From Camelus ferus (Eukaryota), in the NCBI RefSeq assembly GCF_009834535.1, contig NC_045696.1:101434001-101498000 (forward strand): 64,000 nt of DNA, read 5' to 3'. Positions 28,121-40,588 of this stretch are shown one piece after another (within the stretch, counting starts at the first letter, position 1; every line of letters begins with the position of its first letter). Made by a program: the position numbers and the translations under genes. The notes beneath the pieces are model-generated. The model did not search any database, was not told the origin of the DNA, and worked only from the letters and a program-made list of their open reading frames with translations.

Positions 28121-29084
28121 ATATAGAAATGCAACTTGAGTTAGTTTAGATAAAAGTAGAAATGGAAAAGAAAAAGGAAAGGTAATGAAAGTAAATTTAT
28201 TGGTTAAAACCTCTGTAAGGATTTAGGAGTAAAGTCAGAATCTGATATTTGATATGCTCTCAGGACTTCCGTTTATTTTATCCCATCTCTCTTATCTCTG
28301 CTTTTCTCTGTGTGACAAGTTCATTCTTTCAGGTTGATTACCTGCACTAGAACCAGAACCACCAGCAGCCCCTGTGCTCTGATCCTGCATTTTAACAGTA
28401 GAAAGAAAAGAACTTCTCTTCACCAGTTTCAGTTTTACAGATCCAGGCAAAGGCTTTTGATCACCCAACTTGAACTATGCCTGCCCAGTCCCATGGCTAA
28501 GTCAGCATGGTCAGGAAATTGAGTTACTATTAATTCATTCCAATTACTGCAGCCAGAGAGGTAGATCATCCACCTCCCTTCAAGAGCACATGTCAGAGCG
28601 CAGAAGAGGGAGAAAGGAGCAGATTCCCCCAGGGAGGTAAGTCTGCAAGGGAGTAGAGAGAGGACAAACAGTGTAAACACATCCATTGGAAAAATGATTA
28701 CGAACCCGACTGTTACCTCAGTTTGCATCTACTATAAATGTTTTCTGTGCTTACAGATAAAGGTTTATCTGTGCTTACAAATAACAAGTACTACCCCTTT
28801 AGGACTTAACTGTAGTTAAACAGGGCATTCTATACATTCATTAGAATATGGGCTCCATCTAGACACAAAACCCCCGCTATATGTTGCTATATTCCCAGTG
28901 TCTTGGGGATGTAGCAAACTGGATATAGGGAAATAATGACCTTTGTTAAGCAACCAAATAAATAAATGACATCTGACTCACTGAATGCATCTAGGATATG
29001 GTATTAGAGTAACGAAGAGGTAGCATGAATTTACAAAAGATACTTGTGACTCTTCACCCAGTTTGTATTTTATTTCATTTTATA

Positions 29085-29290
29085 TTGAGAGACAGTACAG
29101 CGATTAAAAAAAACTTTAAATTAAATTATTTCTACCTCTTACTGGTTACATTCCCTTAAACACGTAACTTCTCTATGATCTGAGTTTCCAATCTATACAA
29201 AAAAGATAACATTTGGACCAATGTCATAGGATCCTTGTAACAAATTAGTGTGATATTGAGTGGTACACAGTTTTCACCCAATAAATGTTT
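29085..29290 (+). mobile_element. MIR SINE
   Basis: aacttctctatgatctgagtttccaatctatac. Confidence 0.6.
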
Positions 29291-30643
29291 ACTTTTGACA
29301 TTATATTCATGAGATCCAACTGTCAACTAGGTGTTTGTACAATCTTAATACCATAATCACATCAATATGCCTCTGCCTTGTGTTCATTCTATAAGCGGTG
29401 CTCTTGCTTTGTTCCAAGTACATCTGTACTCTCTTGAAAGAAACTTAGTCTCTTTCTTGAAAGAAAAAGAAAGTAAATCTTCCATAAGCAAAGACAAAAA
29501 AGCAAAATATGTTTTAACCTCTAGTCAACTTTGGGATTGGAAGTGAAAACAATCAAAGAATTTCTTAAATAAAGATCAGATTAGTTTGTCTTATTAGTGT
29601 CATCTCCTTCCTTGTAGCTTTAAAACAGAGATTCTCAGGTGGGGCTTTCATTGCCATGGAAGGTGGAAGAAGACCATTGGGAACTGAGAGAAATTTGTTC
29701 AGAAAAAAATTAGGCATAGACTTCCATTTCCCATTCTCAAAGTGAGAAAGTAGCAATATACAGTCTCAAACTGGAATCCCCCAAATTACTTCCATAACAA
29801 CAAAGTTTACAGATATAATTAGCCTATCTATAATCATCACTTATTATTTGATAATCATAATACAGCTTTTGCCAAACTAGTGTGTCCTAATTCCAAGAGA
29901 GGGAACAGACAATGAATGAAGAGTTGATGATTACTAGTCCAACATATTAATGTGAACTAATCAGTGAGCTTTCGCAAGCCCAACACAATTGATCCCCGAG
30001 TAGATTCGCCTTCTCCCCTTACTGCTCTGAGGAAAGAAAACAAACACACAAAAAACAATCCTGGAATTCTAGCCCCAAATTCTCCTCTTTTTCCTGAAAA
30101 GAAACAGGTTGGTAAATCCAGATATATCTGTATAAGAGATAAACATACAGGAAATGTGTCATTAGTTTGTAATTTTGCAATTAGTCTGTGATATTTTCCA
30201 TCTGAAGGACATACAAAAAATAGAGACAGGGCTAGAGATTTGTTCAAGTTATTGTTTTTTGAACTATCATTTTAGGAATCTGAAAGGGGCTTTAGGGTTC
30301 ATCTTAGAAGGGTACCGTCTGTTCTTATTATCATTTCTCTCCAACAAAGACTATATTGTTTCATATGAAAGTATAATCTTGTCAGAAAATGAGTTACAAA
30401 ATGTTAATTTCTGATCTACCTCCCATCTTATGATGCAATTTTATCTCTAAGCCAAATACATAACTAACAAATGACTTTGCAAAATGAAAACATTGCCTTG
30501 TGAAATCACTATTTTATGGGCATTCAAAAGCAAGCAGATTGCATTTGTTTTGTTGAACATTTTTTAAGGGTAATAATTCTACATACTTCTTTAGAAAGAT
30601 GAAAAACACTCTTCTCTACCCTGTCATCTGAATATGTACTTAC

Positions 30644-30721
30644 TTCTTCTTATTGCAATGTCTTCAAGTTCATAATCATAAAATAATTTTTTCTTGTTTT
30701 TAGAGACTGTAGCTCTGCCAT
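30644..30721 (-). pseudogene. Pseudo-exon (78 nt): GRATVSKNKKKLFYDYELEDIAIRR
   Basis: cctttgccag| acceptor, |gtaagt donor; open frame, phase 1->1. Confidence 0.6.
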
Positions 30722-30949
30722 CTGGCAAAGGCACTCACTCATCCATGTGGTTGTTCATTTATTCAGCAATATAATTTTAGCAGCAGTGATCCTATATGCC
30801 AAATATCAACTTGCTCACTGATGAGTAAAAACACACCTGGATCCGGTTCTCACAGATATCGTATGCCTGGTCTATCCTTACCACTTAGTTCTCGACTCAT
30901 CCATTCAGAGACACCCAATTAGTCATATACCAAAGGTCTGTCATTCACA

Positions 30950-32360
30950 ATCTGTCATAACTAACACTGCCTTATTGACTTTACTAAGGAAATCACCATC
31001 AGAACATACCAAGTTCATTCACTTGTTCGCATGATTATTGTTCACATCCCTGAGCTACAATATAAGTTCCATGATAGCAAGTGGCCTGTCCTATCTCATT
31101 CATTGTTGGGTCCCCCCAGTAGCATGAAGGAAAATTGACATACAGTGGAAGCCATAAATATTTAGTGAATAAAATTAAAAAGTTCTAACTGGGGAGATTG
31201 ACATTTATCAAATAATGATACATATATGCAAAAACTCAGCCGTGATAAATGCTACACGAGAGTCGGTATGGTTTAGTGCGCTGTAGGAAGGTTTGACCTA
31301 TTCTAACCCAAGGAAAGTCATAACCAAGCTCAGCACATCATATAAGGCAATTTCAGCTGGGTAAGGAGGGCGATATCCATCTCTCCAAGCTCAGAGAATG
31401 TACAGACTCTATTACAGTGAATGAAAGAAAGGTGGCCAGTGTAGTTGGAATGAATAGTAAGAGATGAGAAGTGGGTGTAACTAGCTTAGTGGCTTTTCAC
31501 TTTTTGTGACCACGACGCTCAGTGAGAAACCCATTTTGTTTCAAGAACCAGTGCACATACACACACACTTATATATAGAAATAGAGAAATAATGGTAACA
31601 GTTATTATCCACCAAACAATTTTATGACACACCAATGTGGCACATGCCCAGTTTGTAAAATACTGGACTAGACTAGCCATATGAAGGACTCTTTCCTTTA
31701 TCCAAAGAGGCCAAGAAGAGACTTGCTGAGATATGCATTTATCAGATCAGGGTAGGGGATGGGTTTCTGGAGGCTGGTCAATACTCCATACAAGAGATAA
31801 GAGCAACAGAGACCAGGAGATAGTAGGGCAAAAGAACAAAAGAAAAATCTGATAAATATTTAGGAGCTACAAATCAGTTCAACTTGGCCATGCATTGTGC
31901 ATGAAGAGGGGGTATTAAGGACAACTCATATATTTCTGTCCTGCACAGCTGCATGGGTGATGGTGCCATTCAGTGAAGTTGGAAACTCTGGGAGAAGACC
32001 AAATGTAGTAGGTAAAAAGACATGTTCTGTTTGACTTGTGTTGAATTTGAGGTGTCTTTGAGACATCTGAGGGATAGTTTTGAACAAACAGTTGGGTATA
32101 CAGATCTGTAGTTCAAAGGCAAAGTCTGGACCAGAGATTAAGATTTTTCAGTTTATCTAAAACTGAAACCACAGATGTGGATGATGTCACACGGAGAAGT
32201 GAGTCAGGAGAGGAAAGAGCAAAGAACAGAGCCTGATGAAATCCCAACATTTAAAATTTAAATGCTATGTGGAGGAAGATGAGTTTGTGAAGGAGAATGA
32301 GGGGTGACCACACAGGTTTACAGGTAAAAAACACAAAAGAATGGTGTAGTATCAGGGAAG
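30950..32360. mobile_element. L2 fragments in both orientations with an internal hAT-like MITE (approx. 31487-31666)
   Basis: L2 3' motif at 31050-31170; reverse L2 body gttgaatttgaggtgtctttgagacatc. Confidence 0.65.
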
Positions 32361-33150
32361 CCAAGGAAAGAACTAATATCAAGAATCTTCAATTCTGTAT
32401 TTACTATACTGAGTACTTGCAACCTGGCTGCTTATTTTGTGTTATTCTCAATGTTGCTGTTATCGTCATCGCTGTGTTGCTTAGAAGACAGGGTTAGTAT
32501 CCATGCATGTGAACTCCCTACTGCTTTTTCCTGTCATCTCCTTCCTGATTTCACTGCCTTTCTGCAACCAGTTTAGATCATATTCTCCATCATTATAATC
32601 ATTTACTTGCCAATTTCTTTAATTTTCCTGATTTTCTATCCTTCTGTGACACTTTCCTAGGGAACCTTCAATTGCTCCTATATAATACTGAAGGAAACCA
32701 ACAATCATCCAGATTACTGCCTTTATAAATTCATGGATATTTACTATCTACCGACCTTCATGCTAAATAGCAATTCTTCCTTTTGCCCCACTGAAGTATG
32801 TTTCTAATTTTCTACAGAAACCATGTTAAACTTTCAACATTTTATGCTAATCCCACCACTTGCTCCCTCTTAATCTTAGGAAATGACTCTACTTCTTGAG
32901 TTACAGGGAAAACAACAACAAATCATGAAATCACTGAACAGAAAAGTGTTCAACATCCCATCGACAATTGTATAAGCAACACTTAGAGACTGCAGAAGAC
33001 AAGACTTAAAAATGTGGGCTTTGGATCCAGGTGGCTGGTGACTTCTGGCAAATCACTTAAACTTTTTGTGCCTCAGCTTCCTCATCTGTGAAATGGGCAC
33101 AATCCTAACTTTGAACCTAAAAGGGGATTGAATTGTTAAATGATCTAGTG

Positions 33151-33328
33151 CAGTGTTTCTCAAACTTGGGCAAGTATCAGACTCACCCAGAAGGCTTATT
33201 ATAACACAAATGGAGCCATATTCCCAGAGTTGGATCAGTTGGCCTACCATTAAGCCCCAGAATTTGCATTTCTAACAATTCCTAGGTGATGCAGCCCAGC
33301 ATTAGCAACCATAGTTTTGGAACCACTG
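33151..33328. mobile_element. MER5-type MITE inside a MIR (approx. 33000-33375), with 8-bp TSD
   Basis: cagtgtttctcaaa...gaaccactg, flanked by atctagtg / atctagta. Confidence 0.85.
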
Positions 33329-35152
33329 ATCTAGTACGTGAGAAGCACTTAGAAATGTGTCACATAATAAACACTCCAAACCTTTTTCCCCTTGACACAT
33401 ATCATTTCCTCCCTTTATCTTCAGACAGCGGGAAAGCTTCTGTCCTGCATACAGCTGATCCATAGCCTGTTCTCTGCTCAGGCAACTTGATCAACTGATT
33501 ATTCTCTATTAATCCTTTCTCTTCATCCTCTCCCTCTCTGCATATGTCTTCTTATTTGAATTAGTAAACTAGAACTTAAGCACGTTTCTTCTACATTAAA
33601 AAAAAAAAAATCAATGTCAATACCTTGACTTCTTTTCATAACCATCCTAACCCCCTTTCCCTCACTGAGCCTAACATTTCAAAAAGAGTTATTTTCACCA
33701 GTTTCTCAATTCTTACTGGTTCCCCAGCCAACCGCTTTGTGGATTTATTTCCGCACTGGTCCCCTATATTGCTCAAAAACTATTAGCACTAACCTCACTG
33801 TAGCTAAAGGCAATCAGTGTGCATCTCCCCTGGAAGCCACTGGCATTGCTGACCACGCCCTCCTTCCTGAAACCGCCTCTTCTCTTTTCACCTTAAATCC
33901 ACACTCCCGCTCCAGGATCTTCTCCTGTGGTTCAACCACCAGGTCTTCATCTCTTTTACAAATTTCTCTTTTCTGTGCTTCTTTTTAAAATCCTGGTTCA
34001 TTTTGTTCTGTTTATTTGTTTCCTTGTTTGCATTAAATCTTATTCAGGCACTTTTTCTCTTCTGACTCTTCACTCTCCCTGAGCAAACTCTGTTGAGGAA
34101 ATAATAATGATCCGAAGGCAGAATTCATTATATAAAATAAAGAAAATGTATCAGAGATACTGAGTAGAAATAAAATATCTGAACTTGGTACATTCGAAGG
34201 CATACATATGTCATCAAGATCTCAAGAAACAAACAAATGGGGAAATACAGAATGATTATTTTGACCATAGAAAAAAGATGAGACAAGAAATAAGAGTTTG
34301 CAAGCAAGGCTTTCCTGTTCAACCCAGAATCCCTTTGAAACAGAGGCTACCCTTTACGCTAATAATGTACGATGGAAAATAAAAAGCCCACATCAATGAA
34401 ACAAATAATTATCAGAGGTAAGGAAACTCAAGGTCTAATTGGCTTCACCTTGGGAGGTCTCAGGAGGAGTAGAGTTTGGATCATGTAAAAATGAGTTAAA
34501 CTGACCCAGGATACTTGGGAGATTCTAAAGGCTGCATATTTATTATTTTTCATAAAATTTTATTTTATAGCCAGTGTCAATAAATTGTATACGTGCATAT
34601 TGGCCTTAGGTCTTATGTTCTCCCACTAAACTTCATCACCCGGGAGAACTCTGGGACTGAAAAATAGCACAGTTCATTGGCCAGATGACTGCCCTAAGTA
34701 AGGTTATGCTGCACTGTTTTCTTTACGTCTGAAGGTTGGGTCTCATCGCTCATTCACAGCCCAGATACTGCATGTTTTCCAACGTGTATACATTCTGTTT
34801 GAATGTTTCAGGCATTTCTAACTCAATATTTACAAAGCTGAACGCAGCATCTTTCCCTAAACCTGCTTTTCTACTTTTGTGTCCTGTTTTAGTGAATAAA
34901 AACTCCCCCAATCCAGTTACTAGTGACAGAAAATTAGATATGATTTTTCTTTCTTGTTTCTCCCTCATCTTATTGATCAGTATCATATTCCATTGGGTCT
35001 ACCTCCTATATATTTCTTAAGTCAAGCCAGCCACTATTTCCAAATTACTTGTTCAGACCACTCTCATCCTTCCTGTGAAAGCGGGAGATGTGTTAGGTGA
35101 TACTGTCTGCTGTGAACTGATGTCAGCCTAACTGGTCCCACGTAATGCTTAC

Positions 35153-35223
35153 CTTTTGGGTGGATAATAATAGTTGTCAAAGAGTTTCAGATAGCAAAGA
35201 TTAACCAAGCCCTCATGACCTTG
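35153..35223 (-). pseudogene. Pseudo-exon (71 nt): KVMRAW/VNLCYLKLFDNYYYPPK with a 1-nt deletion
   Basis: attaacag| acceptor, AAG|gtaagc donor; RAWVxxxxLKxF is a PWWP signature. Confidence 0.6.
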
Positions 35224-35302
35224 CTGTTAATGTTTAATAAGAACAAATCTCAGGCCAAATTCTAACAAATCTATCGACACTTATTAGACAGATAGATTTT
35301 GG

Positions 35303-35406
35303 TAAAAATTCAATCCTTGCCTCTAGTTGGCATCACACAAACAGAAATCCTCTTAAACCAATGCCTGGATGTTGGATCAACCAGAGCTCAAACCGCAGGC
35401 ACCATC
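35303..35406 (-). pseudogene. Pseudo-exon: PWWP core (W.PAV...DPTSRHWFKR...QLEARIEFL), frameshifted, donor apparently lost
   Basis: tttttcttaag| acceptor; GA TGG TG- CCT GCG GTT restores WWPAV with one added base; DP and IEFL motifs in the expected order. Confidence 0.55.
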
Positions 35407-36440
35407 CTTAAGAAAAATAGATTTCAGACCCAGTAAATTCATGCACCTGTTCTGGTAATGTGGGAGAATGTAAACAATATTTCAGTCATTCTACATGTCT
35501 TGAAATACATGTCTAATGACAATCTCTTTCTGTAATTCATCACGCTAATTGACAGGTCTCCAGTTACATCAATAAACATTATTTCTGACTTTCAGTACGT
35601 CCCTTAGCAAAGAAGTGGTTGTTGACAGTGACGGGATTAGAGGGGGGCTTTTGGTAGCTGCCCCTTTCTGATAGAATGAGGGTTCACCTCCCCTTGGCTG
35701 CACACCCTCAATGTTGTGTCGGATAACCAGACCAAGAATTGGATCCTAAACTAATGGGTACATATATAATATCATACTGACTATCCTAAAATCTTTCAAG
35801 TGATTTATACTTATCATAATAATGTTTTCAGTCTTCTCTACAGCCTTAAAGTACTTCATAGAATGAAACTATGATCATATTTGTTTCTTAAAATTTATCA
35901 ATGGCTTCCCACTGCTCTTATGATAAAACAAACATTTCCTGAAATAGCCTCATCTGACACCTTTCTATCACCTCTTTCTATCTGACACTTAAAGATATCA
36001 TGTTTTTATCCAACTTTAGGCGTCTCCATATGTCTTCCATTTGCCCAAAAAACTCTTTCCTCCTCCTTCACCTGGCCTAATCATATTCAGCCTTCTAGGG
36101 TGAGTTAAATAAATCTCTTCTTTCAAAAAATCTTTATTGATGACCATTTCCAACAAGATTATGTTCCCACATAAGTCTGTGAAACACCCATCGTAGCACT
36201 AATCACACTAACTGGAACCCCTCATCTCCACTTTGACCTGCTTATGTGCATCATTCATTAGATGGAATGGGGTCGCTCTTATCACTCCTAGCACAGTGCC
36301 CTGCACAAAGTCGTTCTCAAATGATGTAACAGACTTTCTTCTTCATTCCCCATAACATCACCAGTTTTTAGGCTTTGCCTATAGGGTAGTTCATTGCTGG
36401 AAAGATTCATGGAACTATTTAGTTCCATAAATCAACTTAC

Positions 36441-36521
36441 GTAGGAAAACAGTTACAGGCAAAAGTATACTATTTGTAAGATCTTTTCATTCAAAACATG
36501 TGGCATATAATGCACATTGTC
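36441..36521 (-). pseudogene. Pseudo-exon candidate (81 nt), possible start of the PWWP domain (IVYF..; ends TGT TTT CCT AC)
   Basis: aattag| acceptor, |gtaagt donor; stops in all three frames. Confidence 0.4.
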
Positions 36522-36955
36522 CTAATTTGGTGTTTATACAGTTCCTTTTCCAAATTTTATAAAATCCTCTTCCAAATTTATAAGAACACTCCTATTCTTG
36601 AGGATCTCCCCAAACCTCAGTTTAGAAAGGCTAAAAATAATTCATTTATGAATGTCAAATACAATGCTGCACTGCTGTATTACCTATACAACTCCAAGGA
36701 ACAGCTTGACTTTTTTTCCCCTCTAAGGTCACCGTTATGATTCGGGGTATTCGTATATAGTTTTATTTGTGGTTTCATTATAGCAATTTGTGCCTTTAGA
36801 GTACAAAATATTTTAGACTTAAGAGTTTAGCTATGGAAGAATAGAGATTCATACATTAGATCATTGTCAGCTACCTCTCCGTGGTTGGCTGAAAACTTAA
36901 CAATAGTAGGTTAGCAGGCATTTGAGCATTGATAGTAGAAAAGATCAGGAAAACA

Positions 36956-37100
36956 GGGGGGAAGGTATAGCTCAGTGGTAGAGCACCTGCTTAGCATGCA
37001 TGAGGTCCAGGGTTCAATCCCCAGAAACTCCATTAAAATAAATAAATTAAACAAACAAACAAACCTAAGTACTTCCCCTCAACTCTTCCACCCCCCAAAA
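36956..37100 (+). mobile_element. tRNA-Ala-derived SINE, camelid Vic-1-like
   Basis: A box tagctcagtgg, B box ggttcaatccc, aataaa/aaac tail; TSD aaaagatcaggaaaaca / aaaagatgaggaaaaca. Confidence 0.85.
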
Positions 37101-38300
37101 AAGATGAGGAAAACATAAATTATACTTACACAGTTACAAGCACTCCCTGGCTCCCAGCATCCTTTTGTAGTGAAAACTTTTTCACTGCTGAAGTGCTCAC
37201 CCTCATTTTGTTCAAGATATGAACTGGCTCAGCTACAAGACCAGGTCGTGTGACAAATTTGACATCAATGAAATGCACTGTAGTGACAGTGTCTTTGGGC
37301 TTCACTTCCCTCTGTTACTCCAGACATACTGAGGGACCACAGTGCCTGGGTCTCTGGGCTCTGGATCTCACAGGAACATTTGTGAAATCATTTTTTAAAA
37401 TAATTACTCACAAAACCCCCCTCCAGACAGCTTGGACCCACTTGAGTGCCTGGACTCTCTTCTTCCTTAGGGTGGCTGATTTACCCAATGGCCATTTGGG
37501 CTGTTCAGGCTGCCAACTGAAGACCTTCTTCCCCAACTGGACAAAGAGTACATCTTCATGTTTATCTGTCCTGAAAAGAGAGGTAATGTATCTTAAGGAT
37601 TATGTGCAAACAGGAATTCTCACCTACCATTAAAAAAAAAGTTTAAAAATACCATATTATTGCCAAAGAACTGAAACTATTTTTTCCATTGCTTATGGAA
37701 AAACTGGAGACATTGAAAAAATCAAGTTGATGGGGGGACCCACCTTTGGGAGGCAGCCCAGAAGAACAGCATAAGAGGCAGGTCTGAAAACACAGCAGGC
37801 AGAGACACAGAAAAGAAAAATCCACAGCATGTGCAGGTGCAGATTTATCCCGCAGACAGTGATGATTACACTTTGGAGCCCTTCTGTCTCTGACCCCTGG
37901 GAGTGCAGAGAGTTACTGGAAGTTGTGGAAGGTTCTAGATAGGGAGAGAAACCTGGGAGGCAATCAGGAAGGAACTATGAAACTAAGTTACTTTGAGAAA
38001 TCTCAGGTGAGATGGATCCGAATCGCCAAAGCTCCAGCAACAGTTCATTCTAAACTGTGACGCTGGAACTTCACTTTGAGTTTGTACTCAAATACTATGA
38101 AGTATTTCTAAGAGAAACTTCACCTCAATTTACATTCGTTTCAGGCTTAACAGAATGGAATCTTCCCTGAGCACAGGTAATGACCATATTTCTCTGACAG
38201 ACAGAAAAAGCTGAAGAAGTGTCCTTTTATTTGCTTTGGGCTCCCATGACTAATATTTTCATTTCTAGCTTGGACCTCATGGTCTGGGTTTGGGGGCTAC

Positions 38301-38423
38301 CACTAGGTAAAGTGGCTTTCTCCATTATTTCATTACAACAATTAACAGAAAAGATGAAAAGATTCTGTAAACTTCCTTGGGTTGCGTGAAATGTTCTTTG
38401 CTTTTGTTCCCTTGCAGTCAGTC
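38301..38423 (-). pseudogene. Pseudo-exon candidate (123 nt): LTAREQKQRTFHATQGSLQNLFIFSVNCCNEIMEKATLPS
   Basis: Open frame, but weak acceptor and donor. Confidence 0.25.
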
Positions 38424-39027
38424 CTAATAATGTCATTTTAGAGAAACATAATTATTTTTGCATTTTATTCTTATAATAGATGAGATGTGAAATGAACTTC
38501 ATGGATGATAAACACCCCAATGGCTACTAAGTTTTATACTGTAGAAACAAGAATTGAGCTGCTGCTACACAAAATTCACAATAAAATTTTAGTGTAGATA
38601 CTGGATATGAAGATAATAAAGTATCCTGAGTAATGAAGCTCATTAGTCCTAAAATGAGATAGGCCCATCATGTGAATTTATGTACCTGTGAACAAAAAAG
38701 GAAATGAGTTTATTTCCACACACAATTAGAGCTATGTGCCAAAGTTTTAACTGTTAAAATAAATTATACCTGGAGAAAAACAAAGTAAGGTGCCATGATT
38801 ATAGAAACAAAGGGTGTCACAAGTGTAAATAGTTGTATGAAATGTCTTGTGGAATACAAAAACAGAGATGTCACTGCATTTTCCAAGTGGTGAAAAATAC
38901 AAAATAGAGACGAATGAACTTCAAAAGATACAGGGACAAGGATCTGGCATGTTTTAAAAAGAAATTAAAATAAATGTTTATTTGAAAATAGTTCTAAACA
39001 AGAAAGGACCTGATAAATAAACAAATT

Positions 39028-39084
39028 AAGGAAGGAAAGAAGGAAAGGAGGGAAGGAAGGGAGGGAGGAGAGAGAGAGAGAGAG

Positions 39085-39134
<50 letters not shown>

Positions 39135-39221
39135 GAAGGAAGGAAGGAAGGAAGGAAGGAAGGAAGGAAGGAAGGAAGGAAGGAAGGAAGAAAAAGAAAG
39201 AAAGGAAGAAAGAAAGAAAAA
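39028..39221. repeat. Compound purine microsatellite (GGAA)/(GA)/(GAAA)
   Basis: Directly visible. Confidence 0.95.
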
Positions 39222-39792
39222 TTCTAGAGTGTTTCATTAGGTGATAACTAAGTAGGGAAATAAACCTGAACTCTGTGAAGAGAGCAACAGAGTCTACAGA
39301 ATACAGTTATCAGTAGTAATACTAAGTGGCTTATTTTGTGTAGCCAAGAGCAATGTGTATCAGCATTCATATTCCCTTGTCTACATGACCACATTCTTCT
39401 TACATCTAAATAAATTCCATTAGATAAAAGCAAAATGCAAATATTATTGCCAATGTTTTAATTTTGGTAGATGTGTCTGCTGAAAGTAGCAAAGAGCACA
39501 GTTATTTCTCAAAAGGGCTGCAGTTGATCTTCAAGTCCCTGTCTACTACTGGGAAAAGTCTATTTCAAAAAGAAATTCAAAAATGCATTAACTTAAATGT
39601 ATGTTACAGCATCTTCATATTGTCTGAAGATTTTCACTTCAGTTCTCCTAATTCTCATTTTATAAGAAAATTTGTGCAAGATGAATATACTTATTGTGGA
39701 TAAGTCATAAGATGTCAGCTATAATCCTCCTTCAGTTGTCCAGTTGGTAACTGAATTATAGTTTCTCTGACACACACCAAAAAAATGCTCAC

Positions 39793-39939
39793 ATTGTTCA
39801 CATCCATCAGGACAGCACACAGCCTGGCGCACAATCTCCAGAGCACTGGGTTTGAAACACACACCAGAAAATGATTATATAGTGGTATTGAATACTCACT
39901 TTTAAAATGCTGTGTCACTGAAAATTGTTTTCCTAATAC
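39793..39939 (-). pseudogene. Pseudo-exon candidate (147 nt) with possible zf-CW remnant (VCVSNPVLWRL; WM*TM in a shifted frame)
   Basis: tttattcag| acceptor; |gtgagc donor, with an alternative |gtgagt donor after 39900; open frame. Confidence 0.4.
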
Positions 39940-40210
39940 CTGAATAAACTATATTAAATCTATCATGTTCCTTGAGGAATCCATGTCATCAATCAGAGTA
40001 GCAGGTAAAAAACAGCTTCTAAGTTTGGGTCTTTTTTTAAAGACGATCATTCTTGCCTCAGTGTTAGCTCTTAAACATTACTCTGTTTTCTTTCAGTACT
40101 TTTTATTTAGTTAGAGGCAGGGGGGAAAAGCAACTTCATCCTGATTTCAAAACAGGAGCAGTTAATTATTTTACTTAATTTGCTCAAAAAACTAACATTT
40201 TCCTTCTTAC

Positions 40211-40316
40211 TTCCACTGGAAACAGGATTCAATATAAACTTGCTTTTATATTGAAATGCAAATAATTCTGCTGTCACGTGTTCACTCAACCACATGCCCA
40301 CTGTCCCCACAGGAAA
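40211..40316 (-). pseudogene. Pseudo-exon candidate (106 nt): FPVGTVGMWLSEHVTAELFAFQYKSKFILNPVSSG
   Basis: atcaccag| acceptor, |gtaaga donor; open frame, phase 0->1. Confidence 0.4.
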
Positions 40317-40588
40317 CTGGTGATATTAAATAGAAGTCGAAGTTTCCCTTCACATGACTTATCTTAACATGAACCGATTCCATACACTAATCTTACGTTG
40401 TTTTTTAAATAAAATTTTATTTTAGAACAGTTTTAAATTTACAGAAAAAATTTAAGATATTGTACCCAGTTTCCCCTACACTATATTACATTGCATTATA
40501 TTATATCAACAAACTAAAATTAATGAACAAATAAATTTCAATACTATATTGTTAACAAAATACATACTTTACTCAAATTTCTATAGTT

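Noticed and set aside
35599..35745. Extra 147-nt minus exon candidate
   Set aside because: The donor is weak (gtactg), and including it would split the FP / WWP motif formed by joining 36441 to 35406.
36956..37030. tRNA-Ala-like gene (also 47087-47158)
   Set aside because: It has a SINE tail, here also a TSD, and no CCA-side acceptor stem match. It is a SINE head, not a tRNA gene.
38965..39237. F/L/S/P-rich 90-aa ORF
   Set aside because: It is a translation of the purine microsatellite.
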